Positions 1 through 9,141 of a stretch of DNA of 64,000 bases are shown here, piece after piece. The stretch is from Escherichia coli. Lineage in GTDB: Bacteria > Pseudomonadota > Gammaproteobacteria > Enterobacterales > Enterobacteriaceae. The position numbers and the translations under genes are program-made. Position 1 is the first letter of the stretch. Every line of letters starts with the position of its first letter. Under the pieces are notes generated by a model. That model ran no database searches and was not told the DNA's origin. It was given only the letters and a program-made list of their open reading frames with translations. Where the stretch lies: NCBI RefSeq assembly GCF_011045215.1, contig NZ_CP049201.1. The stretch is one strand, 5' to 3'.

Positions 1-229
1 GGCCGGGGTTTTCCGCTTTATTGACTACCAGCGCTTGCTGGAAGGGGAAGTGGGTTACACCTCAAACGAACCCGTTATGCTGTGTCTGATGTCGGCTATC
101 GAAACAGGGGTCATTTTCCTGATTAATGATGGTATTGACCGTGGTCTGTGGGATTTGCAGAACAAAGCAGAACGGCAGAATGACATTCTGGTGAAATACC
201 GCCATATGTCGGTTCCACCGGAATCCTGA
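1..229 (+). CDS. csgG: Curli secretion channel lipoprotein CsgG, C-terminal end (partial, runs off window start)
   Basis: Open frame to stop at 227-229; C-terminal peptide ...NDILVKYRHMSVPPES matches the CsgG C-terminus as recalled; convergent with ycdZ as in K-12 synteny. Confidence 0.8.
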   Translation, partial: AGVFRFIDYQRLLEGEVGYTSNEPVMLCLMSAIETGVIFLINDGIDRGLWDLQNKAERQNDILVKYRHMSVPPES

Positions 230-230
230 C

Positions 231-306
231 AGATAAAAAAGCCGGAATTATCATCCGGCATTTTACTGCTTAAGCGAAAGCGTGAGTGCCCCTCACGCTT
301 TATTTT
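231..306. terminator. Bidirectional rho-independent terminator region between convergent csgG and ycdZ
   Basis: Hairpin gccgga-N7-tccggc (241..259) flanked by A-run and T-run; second hairpin cgtgag/ctcacg (281..297) followed by tttattttt. Confidence 0.6.
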
Positions 307-784
307 TGATTTCCTGCTCACGGTGCGCCGTCTTTGCACTACGCGCCGCCAGCCACAGGCCGCTGTTTTTCATTGCGTAACCAAATATCAGCCCAAGCGC
401 CAGCGAAGGTAACACCAGTTTCCAGTCACCCTGCCCGGCAAACGTCGCGCATGCGCCTATAAACGTCCCCGGAACAAATGAAAGCAGCAGCTGTTTGGCC
501 TGAATACACATCAGAAACGCGACAATACCGGTTATGACATAACCGAGAATTTCCAAATGTGGCGTCAGTGCACTACCGTAAATAATGACCATCGCCCACA
601 CCACGCCACTAAGCAGGGTTGCAGCGGAGATCGCCAGCCCTTTCAGCCCACCTTGCGGGCAGGCAAAGTAGGCCGTACAGCCCAGGAAGCCCGCCCAGCT
701 TAGTAAGCCCAGGGAAACAGCCACCCATCCCCAGATACCGGAGAGAATGCCTGTTGTGATTGCAATAGAGAGAAGTATGTTCAT
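293..784 (-). CDS. ycdZ: Inner membrane protein YcdZ (DUF1097)
   Basis: 163-aa hydrophobic multi-TM product from internal ATG (MNILLSIAITTG...); position next to ycdY/ycdX matches K-12 synteny. Confidence 0.85.
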   Translation of the reverse strand: MNILLSIAITTGILSGIWGWVAVSLGLLSWAGFLGCTAYFACPQGGLKGLAISAATLLSGVVWAMVIIYGSALTPHLEILGYVITGIVAFLMCIQAKQLLLSFVPGTFIGACATFAGQGDWKLVLPSLALGLIFGYAMKNSGLWLAARSAKTAHREQEIKNKA

Positions 785-885
785 GCCGCGCATGATAGCA
801 GAAAACGCGGCCATGAATGAGATCGAGCACACATTTTATGCAACAACAAATTATCTGTTGCAGTTATGAGTGACGATGATCACAT

Positions 886-1440
886 TTACTCTTCAGAATC
901 TTCTTCCAGCTCGTCCCACATTGCACTAATGGCATCACGGGTTAGCGGTGCCATGGTGCGCCAGAAAGGCGTGGTTGCATGGGCCTCCACTTTGCCGAGG
1001 AACGCACCACACCAGGGTAACAGATACTCACTGAACAGTGTTTCCAGTGCTTCGCTCTCATCTTCCGTTGACTGATCTTCCAGCCAGGAAGCCGCAAGCA
1101 GCAATGTGCCGATGTGATCGGCTGGCGTATCCGCCAGTGGCATCCCTCGTTCGGAAAGAAAAGCGCGCACTTCCGCTTCCGTTGCGTCCTCAACCCATGC
1201 GCTACGATATGGCGGCACGGCACATTCATCGCCGATAAACAACGCATTGTAATCGGCAGAGACTTGCGCCATATCACAGCTTTTCTGTAAACGCGTCAGT
1301 AACTCATCCTGCTCCAGTGGCCAGTTCGCAGCCAGTTTCCCCTCACGAATCAGGGTAAACAGCGGCACCAGTAAAGGATCTTGCGGTTGGCGGTAATAGA
1401 GCGAACCCAGCACACGACAGAGGATAGAAAACTCGTTCAT
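886..1440 (-). CDS. ycdY: YcdY, TorD-like redox enzyme maturation chaperone (partner of YcdX)
   Basis: 184-aa ORF MNEFSILCRVLGSLYYRQPQDPLL...; immediately downstream of ycdX. Confidence 0.85.
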   Translation of the reverse strand: MNEFSILCRVLGSLYYRQPQDPLLVPLFTLIREGKLAANWPLEQDELLTRLQKSCDMAQVSADYNALFIGDECAVPPYRSAWVEDATEAEVRAFLSERGMPLADTPADHIGTLLLAASWLEDQSTEDESEALETLFSEYLLPWCGAFLGKVEAHATTPFWRTMAPLTRDAISAMWDELEEDSEE

Positions 1441-1463
1441 TAATATATTTCCATTACTAGTAA

Positions 1464-2201
1464 TTAAAGGTCTGCAAATTCCGCAATCGGTGCCATACCG
1501 CGAGATTCAAGGAAGTTCAGTAAGCGGCGCGGCGAAACATTCAAAATGCGCTCTGGCGGAAAATCTACCGCGTCGAGGATTTTAAGACACTCTTCAAATT
1601 CCCCCATGGTAAACGCGGTGTGAGAATCCGAGCCTAATGCCACCCAACCTCCAGCATCACGTACCGCTGCGGCTACCGCACGACAGTTGTCTTCACTGCC
1701 CTTACGTGAGTGTAAAAATGAAGAATTATTGATTTCCAGCGCCACCTGATGTTTCGCGGCTGCTTCAGCAACGGCTTTCACATCTATTTCATATTTGGGA
1801 TTTCCGGGATGGCTTATTATATGCACATTGCCGCTGGCGATAGTGGCGATCATCGCTTGTGTATTGGTCGCTTTGTCATGTGGTGCAAAAACCGGCTCAT
1901 GAAAACCGGCAATAATCAGATCCAGCGAGTCAAACATTTTACCGCTGCAATCAATTTCACCATCAACATTTTTAATGTTAGCTTCGATGCCGCGCAGGAT
2001 CCCTACCCCATCAACCACTCGCGGCCAGATACGCATGTTAATGAAGTGCCAGTGATGCGGAGCATCTTCCATATCCGGGCCATGATCGGTGATCGCAAAA
2101 AGTTTAATGCCCTTTTGTTTGGCCTGGGCAATGTAATCACTCAATGTGCTATATGCATGTGTGCTGGCAACGGTATGCATATGAAGGTCGACGGGATACA
2201 T
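1464..2201 (-). CDS. ycdX: YcdX, PHP-family zinc phosphatase
   Basis: 245-aa ORF with PHP-domain metal-binding histidines ([18 protein letters not shown]... ITDHGP). Confidence 0.9.
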
Positions 2202-2255
2202 AACTCTCTCCTGTATTCAATTCCCGCCAAGGATAGCAGGAATCCTGATGCTTTA

Positions 2256-3233
<978 letters not shown>

Positions 3234-3427
3234 TTATCGTTATGATCTACAAAGACCACCAGCATAACAAATCCGTGGTCGGTGGCAAAAAAAGCAGATT
3301 TCGCTTATTAAAACCACATATTGATTGAAGTTTGAATAAACGCGCGATTTTTTAAAAAAGTTTGTTGACCTCAGGTCATGATTTCCCTAAATTAGCGCCC
3401 GTTCCAGCAAGACAGGAACGACAATTT

Positions 3428-3515
3428 GGTGAGGTGTCCGAGTGGCTGAAGGAGCACGCCTGGAAAGTGTGTATACGGCAACGTATCGGGGGTTCGAATC
3501 CCCCCCTCACCGCCA
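3428..3515 (+). tRNA. serX: tRNA-Ser (anticodon GGA), serX
   Basis: 88-nt sequence GGTGAGGTGTCCGAGTGGCTGAAGGAGCACGCCTGGAAAGTGTGTATACGGCAACGTATCGGGGGTTCGAATCCCCCCCTCACCGCCA with long variable arm and CCA end; K-12 synteny between ghrA and ycdU. Confidence 0.95.
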
Positions 3516-3521
3516 GATTAT

Positions 3522-3556
3522 AAGCGCATGTTATTGTTTAACATGCGCTTTTTTAT
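3522..3556 (+). terminator. Rho-independent terminator downstream of serX (island-supplied sequence)
   Basis: Inverted repeat aagcgcatgtt / aacatgcgctt followed by T-run. Confidence 0.6.
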
Positions 3557-3664
3557 TTTCCCTTTCAGACAGTATGCCATCGGGTATGCCATCTGAAACC
3601 GGTTTATATGCCCCGCGATCATATCTTATCGGACAATTTCCGATCTTTGAGCATACTGGCAAAG

Positions 3665-4507
3665 CTATACTGCCAGCATATCAGGATAGTGTTTTGCGAT
3701 AATATCATTCAGTCTGTCAACCAGTTCTGGTTTTCTGAACGTGATATGCGCGGAGCCCTTCTTAAAGTATCTGATGCTGAACATCTCATCTTCATAGCTC
3801 TCTTTACCCTGAACAGACTGAATGTGATCATCCAGACGAAGGGTGATGTTTCCCCGGTTGTCGGGGATTGGTTTACCGCTGAACAGGTGCAACATTCTTT
3901 CCAGATCGGCGAGTCGATCTGCCTGTTGCCCGGTGATAAGGTGAAATCCCCACCGGTCCCACCTCACCAGGTTGTTGACGATAATTTTACTGCCAAATTT
4001 GCAGGGGCAATTGGTTTTGTAATTCCAGTTCAATCCTCTGAAGACGTTGATCACCCCTCGCTCAAACACCTCATCCTTATTCTGGTGCAGTTGTTCAAAT
4101 GTGCTCAGAATGTTCGCTTCGCTGATTTCCGGAAAATTATCGTACTCCAGTGACCGGTACCATGTATCACGGGCCTGCGTATCCATTAATGACAGCATCC
4201 CGGAACGTTGCATCAGGTCACGCCAGATTTCGCGATCAAGATTCCGGGTAATGGCTTTCATTGCTGTTTCGGGTTTCTCCATCAGCCAGCAACCGCAGCG
4301 AAAATCCTGTTTCATGGCCCAGTCCGGGGCAGTTTTACCTCCGATGCTTTCCGTCAGCACCGAGATTTCAGCCAGTTGTCGGATAAGTGTGTCGATTTGC
4401 AACAGTGTACTCTTTCGTACAGCCAGAATGTGGCGAATGCTGGTTGAGCAGATAACGTCCGTATGCCCGTTGACCACTTCCGGACGGGAGATTGTGATAT
4501 CTGACAT
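3665..4507 (-). CDS. Hypothetical protein, first island gene next to tRNA (possibly DUF4942-like)
   Basis: 280-aa ORF; occupies the position after the cbtA/yeeW block typical of CP4-like islands; family assignment from memory only. Confidence 0.5.
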   Translation of the reverse strand: MSDITISRPEVVNGHTDVICSTSIRHILAVRKSTLLQIDTLIRQLAEISVLTESIGGKTAPDWAMKQDFRCGCWLMEKPETAMKAITRNLDREIWRDLMQRSGMLSLMDTQARDTWYRSLEYDNFPEISEANILSTFEQLHQNKDEVFERGVINVFRGLNWNYKTNCPCKFGSKIIVNNLVRWDRWGFHLITGQQADRLADLERMLHLFSGKPIPDNRGNITLRLDDHIQSVQGKESYEDEMFSIRYFKKGSAHITFRKPELVDRLNDIIAKHYPDMLAV

Positions 4508-4591
4508 AATCGATATTCCTTTTTGCAGATAAATGAAAACGCCAGCCCTGTTCAGGCTGGCGTCAGAGGAATGAAGTCTGGTGAGTGAGCT

Positions 4592-4789
4592 TCACCGGTT
4601 CTGGTGCAGAAGCTGCAGATGACGCAGGGTACGGACATCCTCCCGGGCCTGTTCGATACAGGGCAACAGTGCTGCTGAATCCGTTTTATCCTCATCGTTG
4701 TCAAAGATAATTCCCGATCCGCAGTCGATATTGTCCTGCAGCCACGCAATCAGAATATCCAGCGCTGTTTCCGTGGTTAATGATTTCAT
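4592..4789 (-). CDS. Small hypothetical protein (65 aa from MKSLTTETALD...)
   Basis: Short ORF between DUF gene and yeeW-like gene, same strand. Confidence 0.4.
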   Translation of the reverse strand: MKSLTTETALDILIAWLQDNIDCGSGIIFDNDEDKTDSAALLPCIEQAREDVRTLRHLQLLHQNR

Positions 4790-4800
4790 GTTGTTTCTGG

Positions 4801-5289
4801 TTACCAGTCGAAAGTGGGTAAACCCGGCAGGCATTCAGCGCTGGCATCCAGATGAATGAGACTGACGCCATAACGTCGGGTAAGTGTGACAACCAGACGA
4901 CGGAACGTTTTTGACAGGCCCAGGCGCTTAAGCCGCAGAACCGGGTATGACCACGCATCGGTACGTAACAGATATCCGCTACCTGTGAAATGAATCCATT
5001 CTGATTCGCCGGTGTCATTCGTCTGATGTGACAGCGAGTACAGCCAGGCGTTGTCCTTTTCCGTGATATGTGCGGTACTGCAGCGTATGCCGGTAAGGGC
5101 AGCAAATGGTGGCGTGCAGTCTGCTGAGGTCCGGTCAGATTCATCAACAACACGAAGGGAGTAGCCGTTATCGCAGACCATGTTAATCAGTTCAGCGAGC
5201 TCAATACCATCAACGTCAACGACAATGCGCCCCATGTTCAGTGCCTGCACGTTAATGCTGTCGGCTTCCAGCGTCAGGGCCAGTTTCAT
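4801..5289 (-). CDS. YeeW-like protein (gene downstream of cbtA in CP4-44-type modules)
   Basis: 162-aa ORF overlapping the cbtA stop by 4 nt; position-based assignment. Confidence 0.55.
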   Translation of the reverse strand: MKLALTLEADSINVQALNMGRIVVDVDGIELAELINMVCDNGYSLRVVDESDRTSADCTPPFAALTGIRCSTAHITEKDNAWLYSLSHQTNDTGESEWIHFTGSGYLLRTDAWSYPVLRLKRLGLSKTFRRLVVTLTRRYGVSLIHLDASAECLPGLPTFDW

Positions 5290-5663
5290 TGTTTCGCCCC
5301 CGGATGTTTACCCAGGGTAATGTTATTTACCGTTCTGTAGTTGTCGCGTGTCATCAGGCCGGTTGCCCGGCGTGCCCGGAGGATATCAATACTGTTTATT
5401 AACTGAGAACGGGTACAGGCGCTGAATCCCGGCTGGTCGGTACGCACCAGTGCGTATTTTTCAACGAGAAAGTTCACCGCATTGCACAGTGAAATGCCTG
5501 CCTCAATATGCTGCTCAATCACACGTTCATCAGCGAACGGTGTGTCATTCAGTGTGAGACCGTAATGCTGGTCCAGCAGTCGGGTGAGCAGTGTCTGCCA
5601 GATGGTGACGGGAGACGGGCAGCGCGATGCCTCCCGTACGTGTGTGTCAGGTAATGTTTTCAT
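5286..5663 (-). CDS. cbtA: CbtA/YeeV-family toxin (cytoskeleton-inhibiting type IV TA toxin)
   Basis: Product from MKTLPDTHVREASRCPSPVTIWQTLLTRLLDQHYGLTLNDTPFADER... strongly resembles YeeV/YkfI/YpjF; directly downstream of cbeA. Confidence 0.85.
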   Translation of the reverse strand: MKTLPDTHVREASRCPSPVTIWQTLLTRLLDQHYGLTLNDTPFADERVIEQHIEAGISLCNAVNFLVEKYALVRTDQPGFSACTRSQLINSIDILRARRATGLMTRDNYRTVNNITLGKHPGAKQ

Positions 5664-5709
5664 CTTAAGTTCTCTGTAACTGGTAGTGCTAAAGGTGAGA
5701 TATTCGGGG

Positions 5710-6084
5710 TTATGAGGTGGTTGCGGGTGCCAGTGTCGAATAAACAGCCATATAAACGTAACCACAGCTGCCGAGGGTGTCGGCTTCGCAGGTCAGCCCT
5801 CTGGCATACAGCGTGACGGTATGCTGATGGCGGGGATTCAGTTCACCGCTGGTGAGCATGAGTTCCAGTTGTTTCATCAGCAGCGGAAAGGCCTGGTCCA
5901 GATGGTACGCATCCGCGTCGCTGAACCGGCCTCTGATACCGGCGCGGTCTGCAAGGTAATGCAACCGGTTACCCTCCTGCACCAGACGTGCTCCGAAACA
6001 AGGTGTCACGGTACAGGGCAGTCCCCACCAGGGGCGGCCGCGATTGTCGTCGGGATGAGTTGTCTCATGGAGTGTGTCTGACAC
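5710..6084 (-). CDS. cbeA: CbeA/YeeU-family antitoxin
   Basis: 124-aa ORF MSDTL...RPWWGLPCTVTPCFGARLVQEGNRLHYLADRAGIRG... matches YeeU/YafW/YfjZ family. Confidence 0.85.
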   Translation of the reverse strand: MSDTLHETTHPDDNRGRPWWGLPCTVTPCFGARLVQEGNRLHYLADRAGIRGRFSDADAYHLDQAFPLLMKQLELMLTSGELNPRHQHTVTLYARGLTCEADTLGSCGYVYMAVYSTLAPATTS

Positions 6085-6158
6085 AATAAAATCCTCACAA
6101 AAAATCAGTTAAGAATGGTCCGGTGGCAGCGATAATTCTGCTCATCATTTCTCCTGAC

Positions 6159-6380
6159 TCAGTTCAGAGTGACGCTCATCAGCCGGACATACGGGCCAAA
6201 ACTGTCCTTACGGCGTTCTGCAAACACGGCCAGCACACCGGGAATATCCTGCACTTCACGACCGGTATACGCCTCAGCACTGCCGTGCCAGCGGTATTTG
6301 CCGGTACAGAACGGAAAAAGACGGGATGCAGGATGTTGTTGGTGAATACGCATGGCTTCACCACGGGTGATAATTTTCAT
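6159..6380 (-). CDS. yeeT: YeeT-like DUF987 protein
   Basis: 73-aa ORF MKIITRGEAMRIHQQHPASRLFPFCTGKYRWHGSAEAYTGREVQD... near-identical to recalled YeeT. Confidence 0.85.
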   Translation of the reverse strand: MKIITRGEAMRIHQQHPASRLFPFCTGKYRWHGSAEAYTGREVQDIPGVLAVFAERRKDSFGPYVRLMSVTLN

Positions 6381-6448
6381 GGTGGGATACCTCTGAAGAC
6401 AGAAGATAAAAGTGAAAACAGGTGTGATGTGGTTGTGACGGTGACGGG

Positions 6449-6940
6449 TTAAAGCAGACCGTGTTCCGCAAAGGAGAAAACCTGGTTGCCTCCGACTATC
6501 AGATGGTCCGGCACCCGGATGTCCACCAGGGCCAGCGCCTGTACCAGACGTTCGGTGATAAGCCGGTCTGCCTTACTGGGTGTGACTTCACCGGACGGAT
6601 GATTGTGTGCCAGCACCACGGCTGCGGCATTGTGATACAGGGCGCGTTTAATCACTTCCCGGGGATGGACTTCCGTGCGGTTGATAGTGCCGGTGAAGAG
6701 GGTTTCACCGGCAATCAGCTGATTCTGGTTATTCAGATACAGCACCCGGAATTCTTCACGCTCCAGTCCCGCCATGTTCAGAATCAGCCATTCCCGTGCC
6801 GCATGCGTGGAGGTGAAGGCCACGCCGGGTTCATGAAGATGGCGGTCCAGGGTTTTCAGGGCCCGCTGAATGAGACTGCGCTCGCCGGGCGTCATCTCTC
6901 CGGGCAGAAAGGAAAGCTGTTGCATTGCCCCTGCCTCCAT
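6449..6940 (-). CDS. RadC-like JAB-domain protein (YeeS/YfjY/YkfG family)
   Basis: HNHPSG JAB/MPN metalloprotease-like motif; true start possibly the internal ATG 15 nt downstream (MQQLSFLPGEM...). Confidence 0.85.
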   Translation of the reverse strand: MEAGAMQQLSFLPGEMTPGERSLIQRALKTLDRHLHEPGVAFTSTHAAREWLILNMAGLEREEFRVLYLNNQNQLIAGETLFTGTINRTEVHPREVIKRALYHNAAAVVLAHNHPSGEVTPSKADRLITERLVQALALVDIRVPDHLIVGGNQVFSFAEHGLL

Positions 6941-7426
6941 TCAGTCGATGATGCGCATAATGGCGCTGCATTCCGGATGTTGCAGGGCGTAATCCCGCAA
7001 CCGATAATAATGGACCGTCATGGCATAACACTCCGTACGACAGGCATGATGACTGTACGTCATCAGACAGGCGGCAATGCCGGCGGCTTCCGGACTCATT
7101 TCAGCGCGGTTACCGTTCATGGCATTGAACAGTACCCATGTTTCGTCATCATCGTCATCCGGTTCGGGTGCCATAAATGCCCCGCCGTTGTTCAGGGTGT
7201 ACAGATTCCAGATACCACCGCAGTAGTCTTCGCACAGACGGTCCATCCAGCCGAAGACACGGGGTTCCAGGGTCACCCACTGTGGAATGAGGCCAAAGTG
7301 CTGCGGCCAGAAGCTGATGCGCTGTTCATCAGGGACGGGAGTGGCAACCAACTGAGACTGGTTATTCCCTGATGCAGTAGTTACGGAAACAGAAGGTGTG
7401 GTGGAGCTATGCGAAAAGGTTGTCAT
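6941..7426 (-). CDS. Antirestriction protein (KlcA/ArdB-like; YfjX/YafX family)
   Basis: 161-aa ORF with acidic DDDDDE patch; family placement between DUF932 and radC-like genes. Confidence 0.75.
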   Translation of the reverse strand: MTTFSHSSTTPSVSVTTASGNNQSQLVATPVPDEQRISFWPQHFGLIPQWVTLEPRVFGWMDRLCEDYCGGIWNLYTLNNGGAFMAPEPDDDDDETWVLFNAMNGNRAEMSPEAAGIAACLMTYSHHACRTECYAMTVHYYRLRDYALQHPECSAIMRIID

Positions 7427-7517
7427 GAGATGATTCCTTATAAAAAGTAAATGAATGGAAGAATGCCTGGGGATTGGTACAGACGTGAGTCAGGGCTGCA
7501 CTTTCAGGGAAACAGCA

Positions 7518-8336
7518 TTAGCGCATGCTCTCCAGCAGCGTTTCTGCCATCACCCACAATGCGCGATTGAGCTTAATGTCCGTGTCGATGCTGTGAATGG
7601 CACGGGTGTGGATACGTTTTCCTTTAGCGCTGCGACCGGAAATTCCGCCTTTCAGCATATTCTCCTGAATGGTCTGATAAGCACTCCACAGGTCCTTACC
7701 GTAATCCTCCCTGCGTCGTGGTGTCAGAATGTCGGCGGTGGTGACGGGCTGATGTTCGTCACCATAACGGTAAGTCAGTGCCGCCTGTGCCAGCGCCTGG
7801 TGTGCCGGTGGCGGCAGAATCAGCGACTGCATGGCATCACGCTTTTCCTCAATCCGGTCAAAAACGCCCACCACTTCGTAAGCCCCTTCAATAACTTTCT
7901 CCACCACGTCTCCCCGGTGCGGAACACGCACCTCTCCCAGAGACTGACCGCAGACGCACCCGTTCTGACAAACGAATCTGAAGTAACCCGGCAGCATCTG
8001 GTAGCTGGAGGTACCGTCATGGGAATTGAGCAGGATGATTTCCGGGACATGCTGTCCGTTTATCTCTCCGGCCCGCCGCAGACGCAGCATGTGTTTGGTA
8101 TACCCCCGGCGGCCCGGGTCACGTACGCGGGTCTGGCAGGCGAAGAAGGGCTGAAAGCCCTCCCGCTGCAGACTTTCCAGCACGGTGATGGTGGGGATAT
8201 ACGTATAGCGTTCACTGCGGGAGGTATGCCGGTCTTCCCCAAAAATACCGGGTACATAGTGCATCAGCTCTTCATGTGTCAGCGGACGGTCACGGCGTAT
8301 CTGGTTCGCATAACCAAAACGACTTGCTAATCGCAT
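7518..8336 (-). CDS. DUF932-family protein (YfjQ-like)
   Basis: 272-aa ORF; conserved island-module gene upstream of the antirestriction gene. Confidence 0.7.
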   Translation of the reverse strand: MRLASRFGYANQIRRDRPLTHEELMHYVPGIFGEDRHTSRSERYTYIPTITVLESLQREGFQPFFACQTRVRDPGRRGYTKHMLRLRRAGEINGQHVPEIILLNSHDGTSSYQMLPGYFRFVCQNGCVCGQSLGEVRVPHRGDVVEKVIEGAYEVVGVFDRIEEKRDAMQSLILPPPAHQALAQAALTYRYGDEHQPVTTADILTPRRREDYGKDLWSAYQTIQENMLKGGISGRSAKGKRIHTRAIHSIDTDIKLNRALWVMAETLLESMR

Positions 8337-8610
8337 GATCTGCTCCTTATGAATGATTAAGCGGTATAAATGAAAAAGCCGCAGCTCCCGGAGAAGACGC
8401 GGCCTGATGGATGATGTTTATTGTCTGAGGTACCCTTCACGGGCGGGCCACGCATTAAGCTGTTATGACAGCAACCGCCTGCCCGTATGAGAAAGATCCT
8501 TCAGCCAGGACATACTCTGTGTAACCCGGCATATCTGTTTTCTCCTGATAAATAAAAAGCCTCTGCCACGCGTTGTGACAGAGGCTGAAGCATGAAACTG
8601 ACTTCAGGGA

Positions 8611-9066
8611 TCAGTTAACGTTTTTTCCGGAAACGGTAATTAGCAGTGGATGGTAGTCCTGGGGATCGAAAACCGATAACGGCAGACTGACACGATGGCC
8701 GTTACTTTCTTCAGTTGCTTTAATGATTTCGGTTGTGGCGACATTTTCCACGCACTCCGTTTCCAGAAATGCGTCTGTGGTTCGCGTGGCATCACTGTCA
8801 CCAAAGGCTTCCGTTTCCATTTTTCTGGTCACCAGCCTCTGACCATATTTGTCTTTGAGTTGCAGAGTGATGGTGAGGGGGCCAAATCCTTCTCCGTTTC
8901 CGCCATTATCCAGCCGGAACTGGTAAGCACAAATATTTCCCGGGAGCCATATCGTATCTGTATTGCGTATACTGATGTAACGTTGATCCTGTGCCCGGAG
9001 TGGGGCAGACCACGTTAACCCCAGAATGACGCCGGTAATAATGCAGGTTTTGAACAGGTGAATCAT
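8611..9066 (-). CDS. Hypothetical secreted protein (signal peptide)
   Basis: 151-aa ORF with N-terminal hydrophobic signal MIHLFKTCIITGVILGLTWSAPLRA; strong GGAG-type RBS region upstream. Confidence 0.55.
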   Translation of the reverse strand: MIHLFKTCIITGVILGLTWSAPLRAQDQRYISIRNTDTIWLPGNICAYQFRLDNGGNGEGFGPLTITLQLKDKYGQRLVTRKMETEAFGDSDATRTTDAFLETECVENVATTEIIKATEESNGHRVSLPLSVFDPQDYHPLLITVSGKNVN

Positions 9067-9141
9067 GGTATTTACCTCTCTGAGTCATGACGATGACACT
9101 GACAAATCAGGTGATAAAACGTAAAAGGTGCAGAATACTCG

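Noticed and set aside
6461-8330. Plus-strand ORFs of 303 aa (6461..7372) and 291 aa (7455..8330)
   Set aside because: They overlap the well-supported minus-strand radC-like, antirestriction and DUF932 genes; their products are low-complexity and lack family resemblance.
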